Assembly (NCBI GenBank): GCA_963755045.1
Contig: CAVWIL010000001.1
Span: 55,484-119,483, forward strand
Length of the DNA stretch: 64,000 nucleotides
Origin: Nitrospirota bacterium
Lineage (GTDB): Bacteria > Nitrospirota > UBA9217
Reading direction: 5' to 3'
The stretch's first letter is position 1, and each line of letters begins with the position of its first letter. The translations under genes and the position numbers were made by a program. The notes under the pieces were generated by a model. That model did no database searches. It had not been told where the DNA came from and was given only the letters and a program-made list of their open reading frames with translations. Below, piece after piece: positions 34,928 to 45,205 of the stretch.

Positions 34928-35262
34928 TCAGCATCTTCGATATTTCCGTACAAAACAATCTCGATTGTTTTTTCGTTTCTTCATAAAATAGGATTGCCTA
35001 TAAGATATCTCACTGATCGCAAAGCATTCCCTGGCAGATCTTCGAGATATTTTTACATATTGATTGAACTCTGGTTTTGTCCCGCCGCTGCCTTCCGCGA
35101 TGTTCAAGCATATAGAGGTCGCCGCTCTTTTGAATTGATCGGTCAAGAGCAAACAGCTCTTCTTTTGGAAATGTTTAGTAACTCTGATAAACAAAATCAA
35201 CATATTCCAACGCTCGTTGATAAACCTTCAGATTTTCAAAATCAAATGCAGCTTCGCACCAT
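34928..35262 (-). CDS. Four-helix-bundle protein (23S rRNA intervening-sequence protein family, PF05635-like) with 2-3 indels.
   Basis: 'FDFENLKVYQRALEYVDFVYQ' lies in one frame and 'VTKHF..LTDQFKRAATSICLNIAEGSGGTKPEFNQYVKISRRSARE' in another. The size, about 111 aa, fits the family. Confidence 0.75.
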
Positions 35263-35274
35263 AATACTCGTCTG

Positions 35275-35336
35275 CGAACTCCGAACTCATTACTCCGAAC
35301 TCTATTTTAACGCTCCGAACTCTTAACTCCGAACTA
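35275..35336. repeat. CTCCGAACT-unit array, copy 3 in forward orientation.
   Basis: The sequence is cgaactccgaactcattactccgaactctattttaacgctccgaactcttaactccgaact, with five units. It is inverted relative to 34861-34906. Confidence 0.85.
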
Positions 35337-35340
35337 TTAC

Positions 35341-36087
35341 TTATTCATGCCTGACCGCGTGAATAAGAAATTCCACGTTCCCGTCCTGGCCCTGAATCGG
35401 TGAAGGGATGACACCCTTTACGTCAAGGCCGATGCTCCGGATGAAATCCGAGATTGTCTTGACTGCCGCGGCCCGCGCTGTCTCATCCCGCACGATCCCG
35501 CCCTTGCCCACCTGTGCCCTCCCGACTTCGAACTGAGGCTTGATGAGCGCGATCAATTCCGATCCGGGCCCGAGAAACTGCATGATCGAAGGGATTACCT
35601 TTTCAAGAGAGATGAACGAAGCATCGATCACCACGATAGCGACAGGCCCGGGGATGAGAGAAGGTTCTATGGTGCGAATGTTGGTGCGTTCGATGACAAC
35701 CACGCGAGGATCCTGCCGGAGCTTCCACGCCATCTGGCCGTAGCCCACGTCCACGGCATAGACTTTTTCGCACCCATGCTGGAGCAGGCAGTCGGTAAAG
35801 CCGCCGGTTGATGCTCCAACATCGAGGGCAGTCTTACCCGCAACAGACACCTCGAATTCTTTTAATGCTGACTCAAGCTTCAGTCCACCCCGGCTTACGT
35901 AGGGAAGCTGCTCGCCAAGGATGCGGATCTCTGCGTCTTCGGGAACAAGCGAGCCGGACTTGTTCTGTTTCTGCTCGTTCACGAGCACCTGGCCGGCAAT
36001 GATCAGTGCCTGAGCACGCTCGCGGCTTTCCACCAGGCCTCGTTCAACAAGCAGACGGTCGAGGCGTATTTTGCCGATCTTTTTATT
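35341..36087 (-). CDS. tlyA: TlyA-type rRNA 2'-O-methyltransferase (hemolysin A family). The start codon is unresolved.
   Basis: The S4-like N-terminus reads 'KIGKIRLDRLLVERGLVESRERAQALI'. 'YVSRGGLKLESAL' and 'LDVGASTGGFTDCLLQHG' follow. An in-frame TAA at 36088-36090 limits the ORF, and no ATG, GTG or TTG lies upstream of the S4 motif. Confidence 0.8.
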   Translation of the reverse strand, partial: NKKIGKIRLDRLLVERGLVESRERAQALIIAGQVLVNEQKQNKSGSLVPEDAEIRILGEQLPYVSRGGLKLESALKEFEVSVAGKTALDVGASTGGFTDCLLQHGCEKVYAVDVGYGQMAWKLRQDPRVVVIERTNIRTIEPSLIPGPVAIVVIDASFISLEKVIPSIMQFLGPGSELIALIKPQFEVGRAQVGKGGIVRDETARAAAVKTISDFIRSIGLDVKGVIPSPIQGQDGNVEFLIHAVRHE

Positions 36088-36282
36088 TTACGTGCTTGCC
36101 CATCGGTGGAAAAATAAGTTCGCAACATTGTTGATATTCGCAACATGAGCCTACAGAAGCGGTTGAGGCTGTCAACGTGACAACCGTTGCGTAATCTGTT
36201 TTTTTATTGATGTTTTTTCCGGATTGAATTAAACTAGTATTCGATGCAGATGTCATCAGAGCTGCGCGTGGAGGCTGTGCAT

Positions 36283-36625
36283 ATGAGAAAAACATACGTA
36301 TATTCTTTCTGCTCTTTTTGTCCTGATGCTTACACTTCTTTGGCTTGACGCCTATGCCGATTCTTTCAGCTGCAAAGGCGGAATCATTTCGACCGACGAC
36401 AGAAAAGCCGATGTCGTGTCAAAATGCGGTGAGCCCGACTTTCGTGATTCACATCAGGAGGACGTGACCCAGAGACTCGGTACGGCCACCCATCAACGAG
36501 TATACATAACGGTCGAAGAATGGACGTACAATCTCGGGCCGAGCCAGTTTATGCGAATCGTTGTCCTGCAAAACGGCAGGGTCACGGAAATTCGGACCGG
36601 GAACTATGGATATTTAAAACCGTAG
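36283..36625 (+). CDS. DUF2845-like small secreted protein with a frameshift in the signal peptide.
   Basis: GGAGG-N9-ATG at 36283 opens the ORF. 'CKGGIISTDDRKADVVSKCGEP..EEWTYNLGPSQFMRIVVLQNGRVTEI' follows. Confidence 0.55.
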
Positions 36626-36754
36626 AGGTCTTAACAAACGATTCCCGCAATACCTTCGCCGTAAAACTGAGCATGTACGGAGCAATGGCGCGGGGTAATT
36701 CTTCGTGCTTCTGCTCAGGCGTGGGTGGTGGTTATTCCCAAATCCGCCTTTGCG

Positions 36755-38678
36755 TCACACGTCCTTTGTCCGTAGCGGCGTAACAAGGGAAACGACCTTG
36801 GGGCGGGACTTTTCGACGAACTCCCTGACGGAAGAATAAATGCCGTTCGCATCAAGGCCGTATTTCTGCCGGAGAACTGCCTGCGGGCCGTGTTCAATAT
36901 ACATGTCCGGCAATCCGATGCGGTGGGTCTTGATCCCCGTCACCCCTTGTGCATCCAGACATTCGAGCACGGCGCTGCCAAAACCGCCCATGAGCGCGTG
37001 TTCCTCCACCGTCACGATCCATCCCGTTTTCTTCGCCACGGAAAGAATCATCTCTTCATCAAGCGGTTTTACGAACCGCGCATTTATCACCGCCACGGAG
37101 ATCCCCTCTTCGGAGAGTCTCTCGGCCGCTTCGACCGATGGAGTGACCATCGTGCCGATGGCGATGATCGCGACATCGCGCCCGTCCCTGATCAGTTCCG
37201 CCTTGCCAATGGAAAGGGTCTTGAGCTCCTGGTCCATGGGAACGCCGAGGCCGATGCCGCGCGGATACCGGATTGCCGTGGGGCCTTCGTATTCAACCGC
37301 GGTCTTGATCATGTGCTGCAGTTCGTTCTCATCCTTCGGCGCCATCACGATGATATTGGGGATATGGCGAAGATACGCAATGTCAAACACGCCGTGGTGC
37401 GTCGGTCCATCCTCTCCGACGAGACCGGCCCGGTCAAGCGCGAGCGTCACCGGCAGGTTCTGGAGACAGAGGTCGTGCACCACCTGGTCGTAGGCTCGCT
37501 GCATAAACGTGGAATAGATCGCGGCGACCGGATGCATCCCCTCCACCGCAAGGCCGCACGCAAACGTAACGCCGTGCGATTCTGCGATGCCCACGTCGAA
37601 AAACCGGTCGGGAAACTCTTCGGCAAACAGGTCGAGCCCGGTGCCCTCGGACATGGCCGCCGAGATGGCGACGATCTTGTCGTTGTCCTCGGCGAGTTTG
37701 ATCATGGTCTGACCGAACACCTCGGTGTAGCTCATAATGGGCTGTTTCTTTGACACGACTTTGCCCGTCGCCGGATCAAAGGGTGGTGTGCCGTGATACT
37801 GTGACGGATTGCATTCCGCGAATTCGCAGCCCTTGCCTTTTCGGGTGATCACATGGACCAGCACCGGCCACGGATAATCCTTGATGTTCTCAAATGCCTG
37901 AAGGAGCTGGTCGATATTGTGCCCGTCCAGGGGGCCCAGGTACTGGAAGCCGAGATCTTCAAACAACATGCCCGGCACCATCAGACCCTTGAGGGAATCC
38001 TCCGCCTTCTTGGCCAGGTTGAACATGGATTCACCGACCCGGGGGATGCCCTGCAGAAAGTGCTTGGCGTCCTGGCGCAGCTTTGTATAGAAATGTCCGG
38101 TCATCTTCCTGCTGAGATATGATGAGAGGGCGCCCACATTCGGCGAGATGGACATCTCGTTGTCGTTCAGGATGACGATCAGGTTCTTTTTCAGGTGACC
38201 CGCCTGGTTCATTCCCTCGAATGCCAAACCGGCAGAGATGGACCCGTCGCCGATCACGGCGATCACCCGGAAGTCCTCACCCTTGATGTCCCTGGCCGAG
38301 ATCATCCCGGTGCCGGCGGATATGGATGTGCTTGCATGTCCCACATCGAAATGGTCGCAGAGGCTTTCCTCCCGTTTGGGGAATCCGCTGATCCCGCCGT
38401 ACTGACGGAGCGTGGAAAACCGGGCTGCGTCTTCCTGTCAGGATCTTGTGGGCGTACGCCTGGTGCCCCACATCCCAGACAATCCGGTCGTTCGGCGTAT
38501 CAAAGGCGTAATGCAGGGCGATGGTCAGGTCCACGACCCCGAGGCTCGAGGCCAGGTGTCCGCCGGTCTTCGACACTACCGCGATGATCTCCTGACGAAG
38601 TTCCTCGGCCAGCGTCGGCAGTTCCGCCTGGGGAAGCGACCTCAGTTCTTGAACATTGTTCACTTTATCGAGTATCAT
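36755..38678 (-). CDS. dxs: 1-deoxy-D-xylulose-5-phosphate synthase with one frameshift near 38300-38350.
   Basis: '[42 protein letters not shown]' is in ORF 38277-38774. '[18 protein letters not shown]' and the transketolase-like C-terminus are in ORF 36755-38344. Confidence 0.9.
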
Positions 38679-38795
38679 GGTTACCTCTCGGTTGATGCGG
38701 TCACGGCAACGATGCCCGTGTTGGTAGCGTCTTTCGTTATTTCGCAATGTTACGACAGACGTTACCGACGACATCGGGCCTCGTCACCAATCTTT

Positions 38796-39686
38796 TTAAT
38801 TCACTCTATTCACAATATACTTCGCCAACTCCCTGAGCGGGTCCGCCCTGCGGTCAAAGTCCCGCAGGGCATCAATCGCCTTGTCCCCAACCTCATTGGC
38901 CCTCAGGCGCGATCCTTCAAGACCGAAAAAGCTCGGGAAGGTCCTCTTTCCTTTTTTCAGGTCGCTGCCGATGTTCTTGCCGATCTCCTCCCGCTTGCCC
39001 GTAATGTCGAGGATATCATCAGCGATCTGAAAAGAGAGGCCGGCCAGTTCGCCATACCGGGTCAGTGCCTTGAGCCGCTTGTCACTCGCCTTCGCATAGA
39101 GTGCGCCGACACGCACCGAGGCCCGTATGAGCGCTCCGGTCTTATGCGTATGGATGTATTCAAGCGTCGGAAAATCAATCTCCCTGCCCTCGGACTCCAT
39201 ATCAACCACCTGCCCTCCCACCATACCGAGGACGCCGGATGCAGCGCTGATCTCCCTGATGATGGCAAGAAGCCTGTTCGCGGGTACTGCTTCGGTCCGG
39301 CGGGGATCGGACAGCACTTCGAATGCCCTGTTCAATAGCCCGTCCCCCGCAAGGATGGCAACGGCCTCGCCATATACCTTGTGGCAGGTCGGCCGCCCTC
39401 GCCTGAAATCATCATCGTCCATGGCGGGAAGATCGTCATGGATCAGCGAGTACGTGTGAATGAGTTCCAGTGCCCCAGCCAGGGGAAGCAGGCCGGAGGA
39501 CCTTGCGCCCAGCGCCTCGGCAGCGGCAATGGCCAGAATGGGCCGCACCCGCTTGCCGCCGGCAAAAAGGCTGTAGCGCATGGCCTCATGGACAGAGGTC
39601 GGGAACATCTTTGCAGGTGGAACGAGTTTGTCGAGCGCCTTGTCAACAACGCCTTTTTTTTTGGAAAGGTATGATGTTATATCCAT
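38796..39686 (-). CDS. ispA: Farnesyl-diphosphate synthase (polyprenyl synthetase).
   Basis: Intact 296 aa ORF with 'GGKRVRP', 'LIHDDLPAMDDDDFRRG' and 'FQIADDILD'. Confidence 0.9.
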   Translation of the reverse strand: MDITSYLSKKKGVVDKALDKLVPPAKMFPTSVHEAMRYSLFAGGKRVRPILAIAAAEALGARSSGLLPLAGALELIHTYSLIHDDLPAMDDDDFRRGRPTCHKVYGEAVAILAGDGLLNRAFEVLSDPRRTEAVPANRLLAIIREISAASGVLGMVGGQVVDMESEGREIDFPTLEYIHTHKTGALIRASVRVGALYAKASDKRLKALTRYGELAGLSFQIADDILDITGKREEIGKNIGSDLKKGKRTFPSFFGLEGSRLRANEVGDKAIDALRDFDRRADPLRELAKYIVNRVN

Positions 39687-39691
39687 GATGT

Positions 39692-39826
39692 AAAATCAAG
39701 CACAAATAACAAGCATCAAATTTCAAATAAGATTCCAAGCACCCATAATCATAACGTCCAAACGTTTGGAAATTGGTATTTTGGGTATTGGTGCTTATTT
39801 GAAATTTGGTAGCTTGGCGATTTTGA
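39692..39826. repeat. A ~135-bp imperfect palindrome with unit ~AAGCACC, centred on ccaaacgtttgg.
   Basis: The centre is at 39758-39769. It contains the perfect 15-bp stem caaatttcaaataag / cttatttgaaatttg. The right half is read as the last ~26 codons of xseB. Confidence 0.85.
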
Positions 39827-40072
39827 GTATGCGTTCCCCTCACGTTCTTCCTCTTCTTCAAACGGTTTCGCAATCATATTGCCGGCCTTATCCTTGAGCA
39901 GGATCTCCACCTTTCGCTCGGCCTCTTCCAGCCGGGTATTGCAGATGCGCGAAAGCCTGATCCCTTCCTCGAACAATTTCAGCGACTGCTCCAGCGGGAG
40001 GTCTCCCTGTTCAAGCTTCTGGACGATCTCCTCGAGCCGCGCCATCGCCGTCTCAAATTTTTTTTCCGCCAT
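39749..40072 (-). CDS. xseB: Exodeoxyribonuclease VII small subunit with a repeat-derived C-terminal extension.
   Basis: 'FETAMARLEEIVQKLEQGDLPLEQSLKLFEEGIRLSRICNTRLEEAERKVEIL' is the XseB core. The tail 'NAYSKSPSYQISNKHQYPKYQFPNVWTL' is encoded by the palindrome. Confidence 0.85.
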   Translation of the reverse strand: MAEKKFETAMARLEEIVQKLEQGDLPLEQSLKLFEEGIRLSRICNTRLEEAERKVEILLKDKAGNMIAKPFEEEEEREGNAYSKSPSYQISNKHQYPKYQFPNVWTL

Positions 40073-40226
40073 ATGATATGCCCCGTCATGTCGGGCCAAA
40101 AAAGACAAGCGCGACGGAATAATTATATCCGCAACGGATGGGCAAAATCAAGGATAAATACAAGGAAGAGATTCCAGGGATGCTCACCGGGAACGGTTAG
40201 CAGCAGTGGTTTGCAGCCGGTGCCTC

Positions 40227-41659
40227 TTATCCGAGATATTGTTTTATATCGATTTTGGTGGTGTTCGGATCAATGGTGCCGACCGGGGAGCGCCGATAAT
40301 GCCCTCCTGCGGTCTCCAGAAGACTTATGTCCTGGGTCTCCTTTTCCGATCCGTCGAAGCGGGTCAAAATCAGAACGCGGGGACGCATCAAATCGCGCGT
40401 TTGATGCATGACAAGACCGATCTCACCCGTATCCAGTTTAAGAAGGGTCCCGATGGGGAAAATGCCGACCATGTTGATAAACGCCTTGAGAAGGACGGGG
40501 TCGCTGGTGATGCCCCGGTTCTTGATCAAGATCCGGATGGACTGGTCCGGGGGCATCTGGGAGCTGTAATATACCCGCGCCGCCGTGAGCGCTTCATAGG
40601 CATCGGCGAGGGCCACGATCTGAGAAAAGGGATGCCGCTCATGTTGAATGCTCACCTGCGGATAGCCCCGGGCTCCTCCGTGTTGGTGGTGCTCAAAAGC
40701 CGCCACCATGGCCAGCTTGGACACGCCCGGATTGTCGACGAGAACCAGCGCACCTTCGACGGGATGCCGTTTCATCTGCATTCCACTCTTCATCCGTGAG
40801 TTTGCCGGGTTTATTGATGATCTCGAGGGGGACCGTCGTTTTGCCGATATCATGCATCAGCCCCGCCATACCCAGGAGTGGCGATCTTCGGCTTGTCAAA
40901 TGAGAGAAAGGTCCCGAGGGAGGCCGCGAGGATCGAGGTGTTCACGGAGTGGGCGAAGGTGTATTCATCGTACATCTTGAGGCCGGTCAAGCCCATGAGG
41001 GCGTCCCGGTTATCCAGGATATTGTCAACCATGGTTTGTACGACCGAATTCACTTTTCGCGCACTGGATAACTGGCCAAGATGCATTGCCTGGACCATCT
41101 CCTGCACCGTGTCGACTGCGTCCTTGAATACCTCGGAGGCCCTCTTCTTTCCCGCCTTGAGGTCAATACCCGTCTTCTTTTCGACAAGGACCACGTTGTG
41201 AAGCACGATGTGCGGGATTCCCTCTTTCACGATTACGGTATGGATTCCGCCCTGTCCGGTAAGATACGCGGGTTCTTTGTTCATGAGACCGGCAAACCGG
41301 ATCAATTCCCCAGAGGTAAGTCCCGGTGTGAAGACAACCCCGCCCACGTCCCTCGTGGTGAATTGTTCCAGCAGCAGGGAAAGCACCTGATCGATCGGAA
41401 CGGATATCTTCTCAAAAAACAGCTCACCGCCGACAAGATAAGAAAGCCACTTCCTTCCGTTCCACGAGCAGTTCTTCGATCTTGCCGCGGAATTTGTCCG
41501 CTGCTGTAAGCAGATACGGATGCGCTTCCGGATACAGGGTCGCGTTTTTCAGGATGGCGGCAAGCTGCTGGAATGCGGTCCGCGCCGAGTCGATTAAAAG
41601 TTGTTTCGCGTAAAAGGACTGCCTCGCCTCTCCCCGGCTATCTCCCTGTTCGTCCGCCA
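40227..41659 (-). CDS. HD-GYP domain c-di-GMP phosphodiesterase-type protein with an N-terminal sensor-like domain and about 2 frameshifts.
   Basis: 'GLMHDIGKTTVP', 'HPVEGA' and 'EHHQHGGARGYP' are present. The N-terminal pieces are in ORFs 41424-41687 and 40850-41386. Confidence 0.75.
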
Positions 41660-43737
41660 TCGCCCTGTCTCCTCTTGATCTCTTCACCCGCCCGCTCCGA
41701 CGCTGCTTTGAGCTCCTTCTGAAGTTTCCGGGGTTTCCACCACCGGATGACTGAATATCTTTTCAGAAATTCCATTGCCTCCCGTCCGCCGATTTTTCCC
41801 AGCGCCTTAATCGCCTCTATCGTCAGTTCCTGTTCTTTCTTTCTCAGGGGCCGGCCCTCCAGGAACTCAATCAGCGGTCTTGATTCCTCGGCACCGATGC
41901 CGGGAAAATCCCCATAGGCATGGATAGCCGTCACCTGGACGCCGGCATCTTTGTCCCGAAGCAGCTTCGCCAGAATACTGGCCGCCTTCTTCCCGCCGAC
42001 GGTGAGCAGACCCTTGATGACCTCCTGCCGGATACGGGCATTCTCGTGGTCTGCCGCCTTTCGAAGAAATGCAAGTGCCTGGTCCGTCTTGCTTTCTCCC
42101 AGAACGCTCACGATATTGCGCACGAAATACCAGCGCCCGTCTGTAAGCAGTTCCCCGAGCAGTGCGATCTGGTTCCTGCCGACATCCTTCAGGAGATCGA
42201 GATAGAAGATCCGCGCCAGTCGGTCCTGTTCCTCCGCCATGAGCTCCAGAAGGATTTCTGTTGCTTCCCGTTCGATTTTTGAAATATAGGAATAGGCCGC
42301 CTGGTATTCTCGAGAACCCTTGTGGATGCTTTCTCAGTTCGCCAATCGCCGACATAACGACGGATTTGGATGATGTCTTTTTGAGGGCCTCCTTTAGCCT
42401 CGGCTGGAATGCCGTGTCCACAGGCATGTGAAATGCTTGGATAACGCCCAAGGCACCGTCATAATCCTTTTCCTTCAAAAAATAGTTCAGCATGTCCTCA
42501 AGCTGGTGGACTATGTTGGAAAACCGGGTGAATTCCTTCTCTTCCGGTAGGGCATGCCGAGGATTTTTGGCGAGAGGCAGCAAACAGATGTAGGTGCGCA
42601 TCGCTGCCTGCAATATATCGGATTCCGTGCCGGCTTCCTCGATAACTTTGAGTCGTTCCAACTCTTCCGGACTGTACTCAGCCATTTCCTTGGCAATCAC
42701 GGGGAGGTCCTGGGATAGGGGCGCGGCTTCCACGGCAGCGGGAGGCACCGGAGGTGTAGGTGGAAGGGCTTTTTTTGATGTTGATTTTTTCAGGAGTGTC
42801 GACACCTGCTGCACGGTCCAGGCATGGGAAAAACGCCCTGCCTGGACCTCATGAATCGCGGAAGGCAGGAGCTGTTCAGCGTCGGCCGGCTGTTCAGCCG
42901 CCATTTCCGTATCCAGGTCTTTATAAAATTTGCCGGTCACGAGCGCGTCGCGAAAGTTAGGTTCGAGAGAAAGAACGGACTTGCCCAGGCTCTCGAACAT
43001 GGCGTCACCCTGTCCGGCATGCTCAGCTTCAATCTTTTGTCCCGCTTCCTGGTACAGGGCATACAGCCGGTCCTCCACGCTTTCATCTTCAGCGTGTGTC
43101 CGCTTTGCAAGTTCAAGCATGCTGAATGCGAACCCCGAGGGATCGCTGATAAGCTCGCCGAGGACCAGTGTACGCCCAAAAAATACTTTTTCCTCCCTGG
43201 CTTTGGACTGCTCTGAACTTGCCGTTGTTGCAGTGGTCCCCGATGCGGTCTTATCCATCAAACCCATGGACATCTTCGTGGTTATGATCTCATCAAGACC
43301 CGCCTCGGCCACCTTGATATGCGCTGCTCCCTTTTCCCAGAGGATCGAAGAGATGCCGTTCCTCAGCGCCATGTCTTCCGATGACAGGGCGAGGGCACGA
43401 CAGAGCTCCAGCAGCTCCGCCTCGGTCACCCGGCGCTGAAGACAATCTCACGGATCCCTTTTGCGAACAGGTCCTGTGCAATGGCCCTGTTCAGCTGCGC
43501 CTCTTTCCCGACAGGCGTGCGCCGGTAGGTGAAATTGGTTTTTTGCACGCCGATGGTGTAGTCCTGCGCCGTGGTCAGAAAACGGTCCAGCAGTTCAAAA
43601 GATTTTTTTATTGACTGGGAATAAACGGGATTATTGGGAGGATAAATCTTAACCGTCCTGAACGCCGAAACGAGGGCGCGCATGACATCTTGCACTTCAG
43701 GGGTAAGCAGTTCTTCCTGTTCGATATCTTTCTGCAT
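41638..43737 (-). CDS. HEAT-repeat protein (~700 aa) with about 2 frameshifts.
   Basis: The C-terminal HEAT/PBS-lyase-like repeats read 'RWYFVRNIVSVLGE..ARIRQEVIKGL..DAGVQVTAIHAYG'. The N-terminal domain resembles that of the downstream HD-GYP protein. Confidence 0.6.
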
Positions 43738-43861
43738 AGCTTGTACTGTAGCACAAGTGTGATCGGGTGTCAAAAGAAGAGCGGAACATGCGCCCCGCTC
43801 CGGCAATCGCTGGCAGGCGCTCTGTCCTGGTCAAAAAGAACAGAGAGGTTCTTGGCAACGA

Positions 43862-45064
43862 TCACGTATCCGCAGCGTCATGCCTCTCCACCCGGGACAA
43901 AACTTCGCCCTCATGGAACCGGGTGCTGATCAGATCGCCGGCCATGACCGCCGCGGCATCTTTGAGGATCACCCCGTCAGGCATTTTCCTTGTGATGCTA
44001 TATCCGCGTGAAAGGATACCGAGCGGATTTAAGTGATCGAGACCCGCGGTCAACGAAGTGAGCGTTGCCCGGTCCCTGCGCACATGCTGTCGAAGTCCCA
44101 ACGCCAACCGGCGGACCAGTTCATCCACTCGTTGCACGACCTGCTCGAGCCTCCGTCCCGGATCTCCCAGAAGACGGATGTTCTCGCGGAGCGATGCGCG
44201 CGCCGTCTCAATCATCTGTTCCATGCGGCTGACAAGTCTGACCTCGAGAGAATGAACGGCGTCCCGAAAACGCTCCTCACTTTTCACCACCATCTCCGCC
44301 GCGGCAGAAGGCGTTGGAGCGCGTAGATCAGCGACAAAATCCGAGATTGTATAATCCGTTTCGTGACCGACCGCGGAAATGAGCGGGATCTTCGATGCAG
44401 CGATTGCCCGCGCCACCGATTCCTCGTTGAAGGCCCAAAGGTCTTCGAGAGATCCGCCGCCGCGGCCCATGATCATAACATCGACGCTCTTCTCCCTGTT
44501 GAAAAAGTCTATTGCCTCAACAAGCGCGGGGGCGGCATCGATGCCCTGCACCGGCACGGGATAGAGAAGAATATGCATCCTGGGATGGCGTCGCTTGATC
44601 ACGCGCAGCACATCACGGATCGCGGCGCCGGTCGGTGAAGTGATGATTCCGATGCGGCGCGGAAGGAGCGGGAGCGGCTTCTTGCGGCCAAGCTCGAAGA
44701 GCCCTTCCTTATCGAGCCGCGCCTTGAGCTGCTCAAAGGCAAGCTGGAGTGCGCCCACGCCCTTGGGTTCTATGTAATCGAGAATGAGCTGGTACTCACC
44801 GCGCGGCTCATAGACACTGACCCTGCCGCGGCACAGCACCTGTATGCCGTGCTGGAGCGTGAACTTGAGGAATCGAAGGGATGAGCGGAACATGACCGCG
44901 CGAACCTGGGCCTGTTCGTCCTTGAGTGTGAAATATGCATGACCGGACTGGGGAATGCTGAGATTCGAGAGCTCACCTTCCACCCAGACCTCGGGAAACG
45001 ACCCTTCGAGGAGGTTTTTTATCTGAGCGGTAAGCTGAGTGACGGTAAGGATGTGGGTCTTCAT
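43862..45064 (-). CDS. xseA: Exodeoxyribonuclease VII large subunit.
   Basis: Intact ORF with the OB-fold N-terminus 'LTVTQLTAQIKNLLEGSFPEVWVEGELSN', 'IGIITSPTGAAIRD' and 'RGGGSLEDLWAFN'. Confidence 0.9.
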   Translation of the reverse strand: MKTHILTVTQLTAQIKNLLEGSFPEVWVEGELSNLSIPQSGHAYFTLKDEQAQVRAVMFRSSLRFLKFTLQHGIQVLCRGRVSVYEPRGEYQLILDYIEPKGVGALQLAFEQLKARLDKEGLFELGRKKPLPLLPRRIGIITSPTGAAIRDVLRVIKRRHPRMHILLYPVPVQGIDAAPALVEAIDFFNREKSVDVMIMGRGGGSLEDLWAFNEESVARAIAASKIPLISAVGHETDYTISDFVADLRAPTPSAAAEMVVKSEERFRDAVHSLEVRLVSRMEQMIETARASLRENIRLLGDPGRRLEQVVQRVDELVRRLALGLRQHVRRDRATLTSLTAGLDHLNPLGILSRGYSITRKMPDGVILKDAAAVMAGDLISTRFHEGEVLSRVERHDAADT

Positions 45065-45068
45065 AGGA

Positions 45069-45205
45069 CAAGCACCAAATCCATGCACGCAAAATACAAA
45101 TTAAGCACCAAAAATCAAGCACCAATTTCAGACGTTCGGTTATTGCAAATTTTGGTGATTGGGACATTATGTAGGATTTGTAATTTGAAGCTTTCGAGCT
45201 TCAGG
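45069..45205. repeat. Intergenic inverted tandem-repeat element with unit ~AAGCACC, followed by a perfect small hairpin.
   Basis: ttaagcaccaaaaatcaagcaccaatttcag opposes ttgcaaattttggtgattggg..ggatttgtaatttg. The hairpin gaagctttcgagcttc at 45187-45202 straddles the ymdB stop. Confidence 0.7.

Noticed and set aside
36083-36295. The 70-aa minus-strand ORF between tlyA and the DUF2845 gene.
   Set aside because: It overlaps the promoter/RBS region and start codon of the divergent DUF2845 gene and has no coding features. The region instead shows a direct repeat, TTCGCAACAT-N8-TTCGCAACAT, and a CGGTTG/CAACCG hairpin that look regulatory.
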